64,000 nt of DNA from assembly GCA_951406725.2 (NCBI GenBank), contig OX597838.1:34224001-34288000 (forward strand), in the 5' to 3' direction. The notes under the pieces are model-generated. The model saw only the letters and a list, made by a program, of their open reading frames with translations. It was not told where the DNA came from and searched no databases. This stretch comes from Octopus vulgaris (lineage: Eukaryota). The position numbers and the translations under genes are program-made. Positions 52,758 through 64,000 of the stretch are shown piece by piece. The first letter of the stretch is position 1, and every line of letters starts with the position of its first letter.

Positions 52758-54128
52758 GTGTAAACATTTAGACACTATTATTATCTTTCCAAATCTTGCT
52801 GCTTTTTACATGGAACTTTTGGCTCTCTAAAGTAATGGCTCTCAACTGTAGTCCAGATAAGGTTTTGTTAAAATTTATGCACAATAAAGTGAATACACTT
52901 CTACAATATACAAAATATCTTAATTTTTTTTATACAATTCCTAATAATATTTAATTATGAAAATATAATTGGATTTTTTTTTAAACATTGAATGTAGCGG
53001 GGCTCCGAAAGGGGTCTCAGGGAGTAGCGTCCTTGCCTTCCTGAGCCAGTTTTCCATCACATTTCTTAAAAATCATGGTAGAGGTCTTGGTTTTGGGACC
53101 ACTCATGTCTAGAAACTGAGGTTGTGGGTAAGCAAGGGCATGCTCCTCATAGGAAATCTAGCTCCCAAAAAGCCTCATGACAGCAAAAGAGAATGGGCAC
53201 TGGCCAGCCCAAAGGTTGGGTGGGCTGCACCTGCCTACATATGTTGTTGTGGCATTGAGGTAGAACCAGCCACCTCTGTTAATGAGGACAAAACCCAGAT
53301 TTAAAACACTGATGATGGTGATGAATGGCCAGGTAACCTTGTACTTCCTCTGCAGCAAGCCACCTATTTCTTGTCTCTCTGTCTCACTATAACCTTTCAT
53401 CATCCAACACACTGAATGGCTAAGAGGATTCACCTGAGTAAAATAGTAACCAATGTGGTTCATAGGTAAAAAAAATGGTTGGGAACCACTGCTCTAACGC
53501 CATCTAGGTATACAAGTCGACCTACCTTTATTTGGTTGTAAATTTTGGTTTGAAAAATTTGACTTGTATACCAGAAAATATAGTAAATATGGCATTTTCA
53601 CATGTAGATTAATCCTTATCATCATTTTGACACCATTTTTTTCTTACTTGGGTTGGATGAACGAATGTTCTTCAGCACTATGTCTCATCACATGTTACAG
53701 ACCCTCACCATTTACTTCATGAGAATGACCTGCAACACTTCTTCCTACAACTTCTACAGTCTCTTATCACCTAGATCATTTACCACTTCTACACCTGTCA
53801 TCCTTCGTACATCTTGCATCACACATCCCTATCAGCACAATCTTCTCTCTTGCATAGGCAGCAACTACCTCTGCCACTAAGAAAAGCTTTTCCTCTGAGT
53901 AAAATTTCTTTCTACAACAGGCACAAGGTCTGCAATTTTTCAGAGAGGGTGTAGTTGATAATACTTATTTTATCAACCTGGGAAAGATGAAAGGCAAGTT
54001 GGTCTTGGTAGTATTTCAAAGTTGGCCTTGGTAGCAGAGCTGGAAGAAAGACTGCTGAACATTTTGTCTGACGTGCTAATGATTCTGACAGTTACCATCT
54101 CTCTCTCTCTCTCATGCACACACACACA

Positions 54129-54171
<43 letters not shown>

Positions 54172-54459
54172 TAAAATGCAAACTGTTAATGTTTGTGTAA
54201 AACCTGCACTATATTGAAGGTGGCAAGCTGGCAGAAACGTCAGCACATCGGGCAAAATGCTTAGTGGTATTTCGTCTGCCGCTGCGTTCTGAGTTCAAAT
54301 TTCGCTGAGGTCAACTTTGCCTTTCATCCTTTCGGGGTCGATAAATTAAGTACCAGTTACGCACTAGGGTTGATGTAATCGACTTAATCCGTTTGTCTGT
54401 CCCTGTTTGTCCCTTCAATGTTTAGCCCCTTGTGGGCAAAAAAAAAAAAATATTGTAGT

Positions 54460-54800
54460 GAAACATGGGACCTGAATGCAGAGGACCTATGAAGACTAGA
54501 AAGGAACAAAGTAAGCATGCTCTGATGGATGTGTAATGTCAGTGTACACGAACAACAAGGTACAACTGTGTTGAGAGTAAAAATAGGGTACAGGAGGAAT
54601 CAGATGTAGTGTGCAAGAGAGAAGACTGGAATGGTTCGGTCATGTGATGCATAAAGACAAGGACAGCTGTAAAAAGAAATACTAATTATTTATAGTGGTT
54701 AGAACCAATGGAAGAGGAAGACACATGAAAACGTGGGATGATCTCAGGATGTGGGACCTCAAGGAGAAGATAATTGGTGATACACAATACTTGTGAAGAC
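54460..54800 (+). mobile_element. Degenerate RTE-like LINE fragment
   Basis: ETWDLNAEDL*RLERN...WMCNVSV...RLEWFGHVM...GRGR...TW remnants. Confidence 0.6.
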
Positions 54801-55734
54801 CTTAACTATGCCAATACAACATGGCTAAAGTTCAAAATGTATAATATGAATACACATGGATGGGGTCTTACCTGGTGTCCTTGTCAAGGGTTCAACAGCT
54901 CCTGCCCCTCTCACCATATTTACCGAAATTTTTATCATCATTCAAACCCACTCCTCTGTTATTCATCTACTCATGTAAAATACAAAGTAGCCATGAGTCT
55001 CCCTGCCCCCACAACAAATCTGATCCTACTTCACCCATCGTACATTAACCCTTCAACACTGTACAAACGACCACTCTATCTCCTATTCTCCCTTTCAGGC
55101 AAGGGCGTTTATTAGTCCTGCAAATAAGAAGATAACCTCACTGGTGATGGTGTCATGGGAGGGAAAAAAAAAGCATCCAGCACTCTGAGTAAAGTGGTTG
55201 GCATTGACCATCCTCATCCTTTGAGGTGGTTGAACCACCAATTCCCAGTTGGGACCAGCATAGTCTGTATTATTCATCCATTTGAGTGCAGAATGCAAAA
55301 TGTGGTTCCTGAGACCTCCATTCAGGAGATCTTCCTGAGTCACTATCTCACCCTTGTGTGCCAATCCATCACAAGGTTACCTATTTACAGCTGAGTGGAC
55401 TGAAGTAAAATGAAAGGAAGTGAATTTTTTTTCGAGAATACAGTATGCCACCAGGTCTGGGAATTGAACTCATGATTTACTGATGGTGAGTACAACATCC
55501 TAACCACTCGACCATGTGCTGGCATTAGGAAGGGCATCCAGGCATAGAAACTGTATCACAAACGAAGCACTGGGGCAAGACATGGTCCCCCTGACTCTTT
55601 GGATTCTGTCGAAATGGTAAAAACCATGCCAGTATTGGAAAGGAGACATACAAAAAGAGTGTTGACGTTGGTGACAATTCCTCATATACCCAATTTTTCT
55701 CTTGGCTTATTTGTGCTCCATTGTTCATGTAGAC

Positions 55735-55935
55735 CAGTGCTTTTCAACATTTTTGCTGGAGTGGAACCCCAAGGAAACATTCCACTGGCTCGAGGAACCC
55801 CTGTGCAATAATTTAATAGTCTTATGCACACATATCTGCACAGGAGAATTAAAAATTACTGTCGATTTTAGCAGTTTTGTAACTTCTTGCGGAACCCCTG
55901 GACTGTACTGGCGGAACCCTGGTTGAAAACCACTG
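55735..55935. mobile_element. hAT (Charlie-like) MITE, 201 bp
   Basis: TIRs cagtgcttttcaac / gttgaaaaccactg; 8-bp TSD atgtagac / atgtacac (one mismatch). Confidence 0.8.
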
Positions 55936-56472
55936 ATGTACACGAACAATTTGCATCCAGCAGACATGCTCATTAAATTTCTAAACAAATCCCAACACCT
56001 CCTTCATTTTCAATGTCAACACTGCCATCAAGAGATATTGCACTTGTGTGTGTGTGTGTGTTCATTACTGTCTCCTTACTTTGACATCAAATAACAGTTG
56101 TAAATGGGTGCCTTCATCATCGTTCAAACAGTATCCTTTGCTTCTAATCTTCCCTGAAAAACATGTTTGGTCATGAGGAAACAGGCGAGGCTTGGCAACA
56201 AGAAGGGCATCCAGCTGTAAGAATTCTATCTGATTTGTGTGAACACGGAAAATTGGGTGTTAAATGATGACTTGTTTCAGTCATTAGACTGTGGCCATGT
56301 TGGGGCATAGCCTCGAAGAATTTTTAGTTGAATGAATCGACCCCAGTACTTGTTTTTCTTTAAGCCTGGTACTTATTCTATCAATCACTTTTGCTGAGCC
56401 ACTAAGTTATGGGGACATAAACACATCGACGCTAGTTGTCAAGGGTGGTGGGGAACAAACAGATACAAAAAT

Positions 56473-56534
<62 letters not shown>

Positions 56535-57540
56535 TCAAAGGGCAAGACCACTAGGTAGTCGGCCGTATGCTAGAAATAGATCACCTACGATCAAACTACA
56601 AAGAATGTTCTCTAGAGGAAAATACAGCGGACACCAGAACAATAGGCAGGCAAGACAGATGAAAAATATATATATATATATACACATATACATACACACA
56701 TACATATATGGACTTCTTTCAGTTTCTATCTACCAATTCCACTCACAACTCTTTGGTTGGCCCAAGGCTATAATAGAACACACTTGCCCAAGGTGCAATG
56801 AAGTGAGTCTGAAACCAGAACCATGTGGCTAAGGAAGCAAGCTTCAAACCACACAGCCACGCCTGCACCTATAACCTATGCTGTATATGAATAATTCAAT
56901 TTAGAATGAAGAATCCAAAGTAAGAAGTTTAAATATATAAATATAGTATACACAACAAAAGTGGCTTTACCATTTATCCTTACAAATCCAATAAAATAAG
57001 TACATACAAAGCATTTGGGTTTGATATAACCAACTACATTCTTGGAAGCTGTGGAAGCACTCCGTCGGTTACGACGACGAGGGTTCCGGTTGATCCGATC
57101 AACGGAACAGCCTGCTCGTGAAATTAACGTGTAAGTGGCTGAGCACTCCACAGACACGTGTACCCTTAACGTAGTTCTCGGGGATATTCAGCATGACACA
57201 GAGAGTGACAAGGCCGGCCCTTTGAAATACAGGTACAACAGAAACAGGAAGAAAGAGTGAGAGAAAGTTGTGGTGAAAGAGTACAGCAGGGATCACCACC
57301 ATCCCCTGCCGGAGCCGCGTGGAGCTTTAGGAGTTTTCGCTCAATAAACACTCACAACGCCCGGTCTGGGAATCGAAACCGCGATCCTATGACCACGAGT
57401 CCGCTGCCCTAACCACTGGGCCATTGCGCCTCCACATGACGCTGTACTTGAGCACTGTCACAGTCCATTGATCTGGATCTCGTAAAAGAATAAAAGAGCT
57501 TGGTATATTTTAAAGACGTAAATTTAATCAGCATACTCAC

Positions 57541-57765
57541 AGATTTTGCTTGAACATAAGCTTCTTCCCTGCGAGTTAAATAACTGCGCAAATTCATCAA
57601 TTCTTCTTTCAATTTGAACATTTCTAAAGGTTGACTATTTGTATATGAAGAGTATAAAGGTGAATGTGGCCCACCACCACTCTGTGGTGACATTGAATTT
57701 AGCTCAGTATAAGCAGGCATAGCAAACATTCCTGGGTTCGGTTGACTTAGGAACGCTGCAGCAGT
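57541..57765 (-). CDS. unk: Unkempt internal exon (start of coiled coil)
   Basis: ttttttaccAG acceptor, GTgagt donor. 225 nt, phase 0-0: TAAAFLSQPNPGMFAMPAYTELNSMSPQSGGGPHSPLYSSYTNSQPLEMFKLKEELMNLRSYLTRREEAYVQAKS. Confidence 0.92.
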
Positions 57766-58514
57766 CTGGTAAAAAAAATTAAAGAAAAAAAAAATCATAA
57801 GAGATGGTCTTTTCTTTTTTTATTTGCTGATACAGGAATAGGTGGAATTCTAATTTAAACACACCATATAATGTCTTTGTTTTTTTTTTTATTACTTTTT
57901 GAAATTTTCAGAAAATTTTTACAAATTTGGGATCTTTCCTGTTTGGTTGGTTTTCTGTTTGGCTGTCATGGTTACGTCTCATTCAGAGATTTATTTATTG
58001 CTTGTCATGGTTAATTTCTGTTCAAATTGATTTCATATTCAGTGTAACAAAACAATGCCATGAAAATCCTTTTCACCATAAATCATTAAATAAAGAATTA
58101 TTAGATATCAAAGTTTGAAAATTTTGGGTAATTTTAGCCAACCGTAAGCCACAGACACATTCATGTCCGTTTCCATAGTAACAAACCAAACATGAGAACT
58201 CCTTTGTCTGCGAGAAAGCACATGTCGACTGATATGTTCCAGTCAATGAGATGGTTGTCATACGTACTAAAAACAGCAGCCAAATAAGCATTAAATCACA
58301 TACCAGAGGAAGATGTGGTGTTGTACTTGCAAGTAAAGGGTGCTATGCCCAAATGAAGATTATGCAAAACGAAGAAGCATTTTATGAGTACAAGAAAACG
58401 AGGTGGCAATATGTATTGGCAACACACGTGTGCAGGATACATGGAGTGTGTGTCAGTGAGAAAAGACACGTAGTTTGAAGGTGGCACCCTTCCTCTTGGG
58501 AATGAAATGCTTTT

Positions 58515-58893
58515 CATTTGTAGCTGTGATACCAGTGCCGGTGGCACGTAAGAGAACCATCCGAACGTGGCCGTAGCCAGCACCGCCCGACTGGCCTCCG
58601 TGCCGGTGGCACGTAAAAAGCACCATCCGACCGTGGCCGTTGCCAGCTTCGTCTGGTCCCCGTGCCAGTTGCAAGTAAAAAGCACCATCCGATTGTGGCC
58701 GTTTACCAGCCTCGTCTGGCACGTAAAAAGCACCCACTACACTCACGGAGTGGTTGGCGTTAGGAAGGGCATCCAGCTGTAGAAACACTGCCAGATCAGA
58801 CTGGAGCCTGGTGCAGCCTCCTGGCTTCCCAGATCCCAGTTGAACCATCCAACCTATGCCAGCATGGAAAGCGGACGTTAAATGATGATGATG
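58515..58893 (+). mobile_element. RTE-related short retroposon family C with internal 60-65-nt tandem units and (GAT)n tail
   Basis: Units gtgccggtggcacgtaaaaagcacc... followed by ggttggcgttaggaagggcatccagctgtagaaac...gcggacgttaaatgatgatg. Copies at about 157-370, 1380-1748, 12932-13380, 16612-16922, 32352-32735, 34175-34537, 47752-47977, 48308-48795 and 51330-51585. Confidence 0.8.
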
Positions 58894-59179
58894 AATGGGT
58901 TAAGGAATTGACTTCAGTCCAGTTTTGTGGTGAAGAACTGGGGACGAGCCATTGCACAGCTGTTGATTATAACAGCTTTGTTAGCGAAGTATGTGCAGGG
59001 GGGGGGGGCTTGCTCCATTATCCAGTTAAGGTTGGAGATGTTTGTTTTTTTAAAATATCTAATTTGTAATGTGCTATTTCGTTTTTGGATAAATCTTTCA
59101 AGTTTGTGCTGTTTACTGCATTAAATGCAGACTGAATGCTGAAAACTACAAAATACATGTTTACTCATTCTGTCATTGA

Positions 59180-59728
59180 GGTGGTTGTGAGGTGTGCTAA
59201 AAATAACAGCTAAACAGGCCTTAAATCATGCACCTCCACAATATTTGGGGGTGGGGGCATAATCATACGAATTCTCACAAGTAGAATACAAATTTGCAAA
59301 ACTTTTCTGAAAACTCCCAAAACTAAAAATGCTATGAGTGGTTAATATGTCATGCATAATTCAATTGTTTATAGCTTCATATAAAAACACAAGTACTATT
59401 TTCAGCATGTTGACAAAATGTGTAGTCATGCACAAAATGACAGCCACCAAATCCTGTTTCCTGACTGGGTGAAAAATTATCAAACTTTAAAACTTCAACA
59501 ACTCTTTTTAAAAAGTTTTCTGGAAAAAGTGAAATAATTCAGTTGGGAAATCTACATTAATGTACCAAATTAAAAAATTTTCAATAAACTTTGATTTTTG
59601 AAATCCTGGCATCCAAACAGAAAAGATCCCAAATTTGTATGCTACAAATGGGGATTCATACGTTTGTGAGGAGAAGGCATGATTTAAGGGCAATTTAGCT
59701 GTTGTCTTTAGCACATCTCACGACCACC
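59180..59728. mobile_element. Foldback/MITE-like element with long imperfect terminal inverted repeats, in an unkempt intron
   Basis: Left ggtggttgtgaggtgtgctaaaaataacagctaaa...ccttaaatcatgc versus right gcatgatttaagg...tttagctgttgtctttagcacatctcacgaccacc; similarity extends about 100 bp inward. Confidence 0.65.
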
Positions 59729-60214
59729 CGACACCCTCCTCACTGTCTGTATTTTAAATTCTGATTTAAGCTCATTATTATTATTTAAACGATTTAACCA
59801 GAGCAAAAGTATCCATGGCTACCATGTTGTTGTTTAACACCGAGTCTGTTCTGATCAAGCAGAATTATCATCAAACACACTCCAGCCATGGTGGCCGATC
59901 TGCCTTTGCTCAGATAGTGTGTCTAGACTAAAATAATGTAATAAAATACAAAGTCTGTCCTGATCAAGCAAACTCATGATCAAAGAATGATCAAAGACAT
60001 TCCAGCCATGGTGGCCAACCTGTCTTTTGTTCAGACAGTGTGTTTCGAATTATAACCTAGATACTCTAGGTTATAATTTTAAGTAATTATTACCTTTGAA
60101 GGTTTTTATTCCCATGCTGGCCACCTGAGAAGATCGGTATTTAAATATCGATCTTATCCTTACTTCTATAAATTTGTATGTGTGTGTGTATAGATAACAA
60201 AAATCAATTTTTAC

Positions 60215-60402
60215 TTGATCCAATGGCTCTGCAGGAACAGTTTTTGGTTGCTGGGTCAAAGGAAGCTGTGGTATTAGCCCGGCAGGGGTTGTGCTAAAAC
60301 TACCAAAAGGGGAGGTTGGTGACTGTGACAGACTGCCAATGCTGCCTCGTTGGATACCACGAGGAGGAATACTAACCGGAACAGATGTGGCTCCAAAGCA
60401 AC
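60215..60402 (-). CDS. unk: Unkempt family RING/CCCH RNA-binding protein, internal exon (Ser/Pro-rich linker); upstream exons outside window
   Basis: Acceptor ctctttgtttcAG, donor GTaaaa. 188 nt (2 nt + 62 codons) reading CFGATSVPVSIPPRGIQRGSIGSLSQSPTSPFGSFSTTPAGLIPQLPLTQQPKTVPAEPLDQ. SVPVSIP resembles the recalled Unkempt S.PV.IP motif. Joins in frame to the next exon. Confidence 0.85.
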
Positions 60403-60929
60403 CTGAAACAAAGAGAGAGAGAGAGACACAGTTTTACAGTATTTCACAAACCACACCAAGCGACAATGAATAAATATGTAAGCATGTATTTAGGGGACAG
60501 ACATTGGTGAAGTGGTAAAGGAGTTCATTTCAAAAGCTTGTGGTTTTAGATTTTACCTTAGGCAAGTGTTGTCTGCTATTGCCTTGGAGGGACCAATACC
60601 TATTTCTTTACTACCTACAAGGGGCTAAACATAGAGGGGACAAACAAGGACAGACATAGGTATTAAGTCGATTACATCGACCCCAGTGCGTAACTGGTAC
60701 TTAATTTATCGACCCCGAAAGGATGAAAGGTAAAGTCGACCTTGGCGGAATTTGAACTCAGAACGTAACGGCAGACGAAATATCGCTAAGCATTTCGCTC
60801 GACGTGCTAACGTTTCTGTCAGCTCGCCGCTTTATTGGAGGGACCAGTACCATGCAGGGGAAATGTGTGTGTGTGTCTATATATATGGATGTATGTGCAT
60901 ATATACATTTCTCAAAATGCAAGTATAGG

Positions 60930-61150
60930 ACTGCCCTGCCTAGTATAGGTGTACCAGCAGAGGTGCCACCTCCTACGAACAAAACAGGATTGCAGGTGCA
61001 CAAAGAAAACGTGAGCTGTGCAAGTCCAGAGTCAACTCCAATGCCTGACCTGCAGCAGAACCTTCTGAGCATGCAGTGGCCTGATTGGTCGCAGGCAGAC
61101 ACCCTGACCCATCTTCTCTCATGCGATGTCCTTGGTCATTGTCAATGATG
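60930..61150 (+). mobile_element. RTE/BovB-like LINE 3' end
   Basis: GATSYEQNRIAGAQRKRELCKSR followed by a C..C.RTF...GLI zinc-finger-like tail and a short atgatga tail. Confidence 0.55.
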
Positions 61151-61203
61151 ACAAACATTATGTATAGTTTGTATGTGAGCATATATATATATATATATAT
61201 GTG

Positions 61204-61503
61204 TGGAGGCGCAATGGCCCAGTGGTTAGGGCAGCGGACTCGTGGTCGTAGGACTGCAGTTTTGATTCCCAGACCGGGCGTTGTGAGTGTTTATTGAGCG
61301 AAAACTCCTAAAGCTCCACGAGGCTCTGGCAGGGGGTGGCAATCCCTGCTGTACTCTTTCGCCACAACTTTCCCTCACTCTTTCTTCTGTTGGCCTGCTC
61401 GCTTAGCCAGCAGGGTGGCATCATTTGAAGGTTAAAACAATGCGAAGCACATTGTGAACAGCGATGTGTAGCAACATCTGATAGCCTGGTCGGTCACGGT
61501 GAT
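61204..61503 (+). mobile_element. SINE family D, tail type b
   Basis: Same head as 35412 but tail ggcctgctcgcttagccagc...gcctggtcggtcacggtgat; sister copy at about 1748-2028 (-). Confidence 0.85.
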
Positions 61504-61861
61504 ATATATATGGCAGTTATGGCTTTTCCCAGTCAAGGTTGGCTGTAGGGTGTTCCTTTCCCAGTTGACATGAAGGATGCTTACAGCCATTGGAATTAGA
61601 GGAATGGCGTGAAGGGTGATGTGTGCAGGAAAGGCATGAAGGGTGATGTGCCTTTGGAGCAAGAGAGAGGAGTTAAACTGGAAGACAGGAGGAGATGGGG
61701 AGCAGTGATTTGGCCACATCTGCTGACCCATAAATAGGAGGGTGTTTACAGTTAAGGGTTGAAAAACATCCGATGAACATTGGATTCCATCTGATGACAA
61801 CAGTTCCTCCTGGCCAAAGCTCCATTCACTTTAGTGAATGGAAAAAGTATCTCTTTCTAGA

Positions 61862-62757
61862 CATCCCATAAATAATGCAGTTTTTTTCAATTGCATGAAC
61901 TAAAAGTCGGAGGGGGATAAGATAAACTACCTGTATCAACTTGCTATCAAAGCAGGTAGTAGTTTTACCATGCCCTTATTCGTAGTGCAAGTTTTGAAGA
62001 GAGCAGTTCAATTTTAACAGTTATTTTTTAAAAGCCATAATGGAAATGACAAAGGGGCATACTCAGCATATTTTGATTTGTAAGTTCAATAAAGGCAACA
62101 ACACAATGGAAAGTACGAGGAATATTAATACAGTACATGGGGATCGGGCAATAAGCATAATCCAGTATCAACAGTGGTTCCAGAAATTCCAAGCTGGAAA
62201 CTACAGCCTAGAAGATGAGCCTTGTTCTGGAAGATCTGTAGAGCTCAACAAGGATGTCCTGCAAATCCTAGAGGAACAAAATTGCATTGTAACTGTTGAG
62301 GAACTAGCAGAGAAGCTTAGATTTGGTCTTTCAACCATCCATTGGCACCAGTGCTAGAAGAAAAACAACTATCTTTGGTTTCAAGACAAAAGGTGTTCTT
62401 CCTTTGGGATAATGTTCATCCACATATATTGAGGATGACATTCCAAAGGCTGGAGCAGTTTCAATGGGAAACGATGCCCCACCCATTGCTCATTTTGACT
62501 ATCATTTATTCCACAGTAATCAGAATCATTTGGATGGTAAAATTATGAATTCAGTAGATGAGGTCAGAACAGTACTGGAGGAGTATTTTTTGTCAAGGAC
62601 AAGTGAATTTTGGAAGACAGGCCTTGCAAGTCTACCAGATAGATGGAAGGGCATTGTAGAAAATGAAGGAAAGTATATTTTAGATTAAAAAAGAACTTTG
62701 TTTAATTTTGAAAAATAAAAGTATAAAAAAACACATTATTTATGGGATGACCCAATA
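61862..62757 (+). mobile_element. Internally deleted mariner (Tc1/mariner) element, about 0.9 kb
   Basis: TIR core catcccataaataatg at 61862 and its complement near 62734-62749, ending ...cccaa + TA. ORF pieces give the HTH region (WFQKFQAGNYSLEDEPCSGR) and the C-terminus (WDNVHPH, WETMPHP, DYHLFHS, LPDRWKGIVENEGKY). The middle of the catalytic domain is deleted and there are frameshifts. Confidence 0.9.
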
Positions 62758-63140
62758 TGTGTGTGTGTGTGTGTGTGTGTGTACGTGTGTGTGTGAATGT
62801 GAAGGCCCATGGCTTTGTGGTTAGGGTGTTGTACTCCTGATTGTGGCTTTGATTCCCAGACTGGGCGTTGTGTTGTGTTCTTGAGCAAAGCACTTCCTTC
62901 CATGTTGCTCTGCAATCATTTCATCATCTGAGATGAGGCACCTGTTGCACCTGTACAGGTAATGTCAATTTGATGGAGGGAGTGAGCTTAAGTGAACACA
63001 AACATTTGATCCCTATAAACAATGCTCGGCAAGAAACTGCCAAACCCTCTGCATGTTTTTTCAGTAATTAATTTGTCTGACCCCGTGCCCGTTCTGCGCA
63101 TCACCTCTGATACACAGAGAACATATTTCTCTGTCATCCA

Positions 63141-63542
63141 GGATCTTTTCGGCTTGAACGGCAGTTTTAGTTTTTAACATAATTTCTAGTTAACTAAACG
63201 CTTTTAAACTTCGTATACTGGTAGAATGTGTTTATAAAACATCTTTTTCTCTTGGCTTCATTGAGAAAATTCTATAGTTTGTAAGATATTCGTTGTTTTT
63301 TTTCTGCAATTTCAACCAATCAGTGACGTCTATTGAGTTAAAAAACATTCTGTGCCATATGAATATGTCCCTCGTTTAAGAAACAGATTAAGTTTATTTA
63401 CATTTGTGAAGAAAACAAAGATACCCTTCCCCTAACCCTAGAAGTGATTGAAATGCAATAGATCGATTCTAGGGTCATAATTATGGGTGACAATTTCATA
63501 TGACACTGCTAGAAAAAACTGCCGTTCAAACCGAAATGTTCC
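63141..63542. mobile_element. 402-bp MITE with about 28-bp TIRs and perfect 8-bp TSD (Merlin- or hAT-like)
   Basis: Left ggatcttttcggcttgaacggcagtttt, right aaaactgccgttcaaaccgaaatgttcc. Flanked by gtcatcca at 63133-63140 and 63543-63550. Confidence 0.88.
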
Positions 63543-63804
63543 GTCATCCACAATATGCAGTCCCTTTTTTTTTTTCTCCTTTTTTTCAACAACTAGAGTA
63601 ACTTGAGACTTATGAAAGGAAAGCTTTACATCATTCAAAAACATATGAAACAAGGGTTAACTAAACAAGCACGGAGGTTTCAGACAAACGTATGAAAATA
63701 CTTCACACAGGCAAAAGGTTACTGTCCATTACCTCGTGATAGCACAAGTTGGACGAGGACTTATTAGACATAGGATCCTATGTCCAACCATAAGAGAGAA
63801 GTTC

Positions 63805-63837
<33 letters not shown>

Positions 63838-64000
63838 CAAAAGTCACCCACCAAAACATTTGTATTCATTGTTATTTTATTCAAGTGTTGTTTTTGAAAT
63901 GTGAAATGTTTATGCATTGAGATTTAATCTTGGTGCATGACTTTTGGCCCTCCGCTCCCCTCCCCTCCATACAAATGGAGATGAGATCTCCACAAGCTAG

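Noticed and set aside
57409-57540. C-terminal extension of the 129-aa ORF 57409-57798
   Set aside because: Read-through past a consensus GTGAGT donor into intron and a SINE head; not supported as coding.
58535-58740. CRISPR-like repeat-spacer appearance of family C units (also the 6530-6810 array)
   Set aside because: The 'spacers' are homologous to each other or are microsatellite; family C units are part of a dispersed retroposon; no cas genes; eukaryotic context.
62040-62688. Functional or domesticated (SETMAR-like) transposase
   Set aside because: Frameshifted, central catalytic region deleted, YSPDL motif lost, and antisense within an intron.
63734-63778. Possible further upstream unkempt exon (AG...GAG|GTAATG on minus)
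   Set aside because: The frame needed to join the phase-1 acceptor at 60402 contains a TAA stop.

Overview
Eukaryotic, AT-rich, repeat-dense DNA whose SINE families and microsatellite load point to an octopus (coleoid cephalopod) genome; the taxon is inferred. The only supportable protein-coding gene is the 3' half of an Unkempt (UNK/UNKL family) gene on the minus strand. I resolved five exons by hand: 60215-60402, 57541-57765, 52203-52277, 49829-49999 and 46970-47146. They have GT-AG junctions, splice in frame, and encode a Ser/Pro-rich linker, a coiled coil and a C-terminal C3HC4 RING. The N-terminal CCCH zinc fingers must lie beyond the right edge of the window. The rest is dozens of tRNA-derived and RTE-related SINEs, LINE remnants (L1/Tx1-, CR1-, RTE-, R4/Dong-like), two mariner relics, several MITEs (piggyBac-, hAT-, Merlin-like), a small Helitron, foldback hairpins and microsatellites. 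Two blocks are nearly SINE-free: about 5.7-11.5 kb (CpG- and CRE-rich, promoter-like) and about 36.8-42.2 kb (3'UTR-like). I see no convincing wholly new multi-gene system. The best leads are a possible intronic-polyadenylation RING-less Unkempt isoform, a divergent RING motif, several long hairpins (miRNA or ADAR-substrate candidates), a promoter-like island with a lone B-box, and SINE head/tail shuffling. SINE family letters A-E and MITE labels P1/P2 are my own labels.
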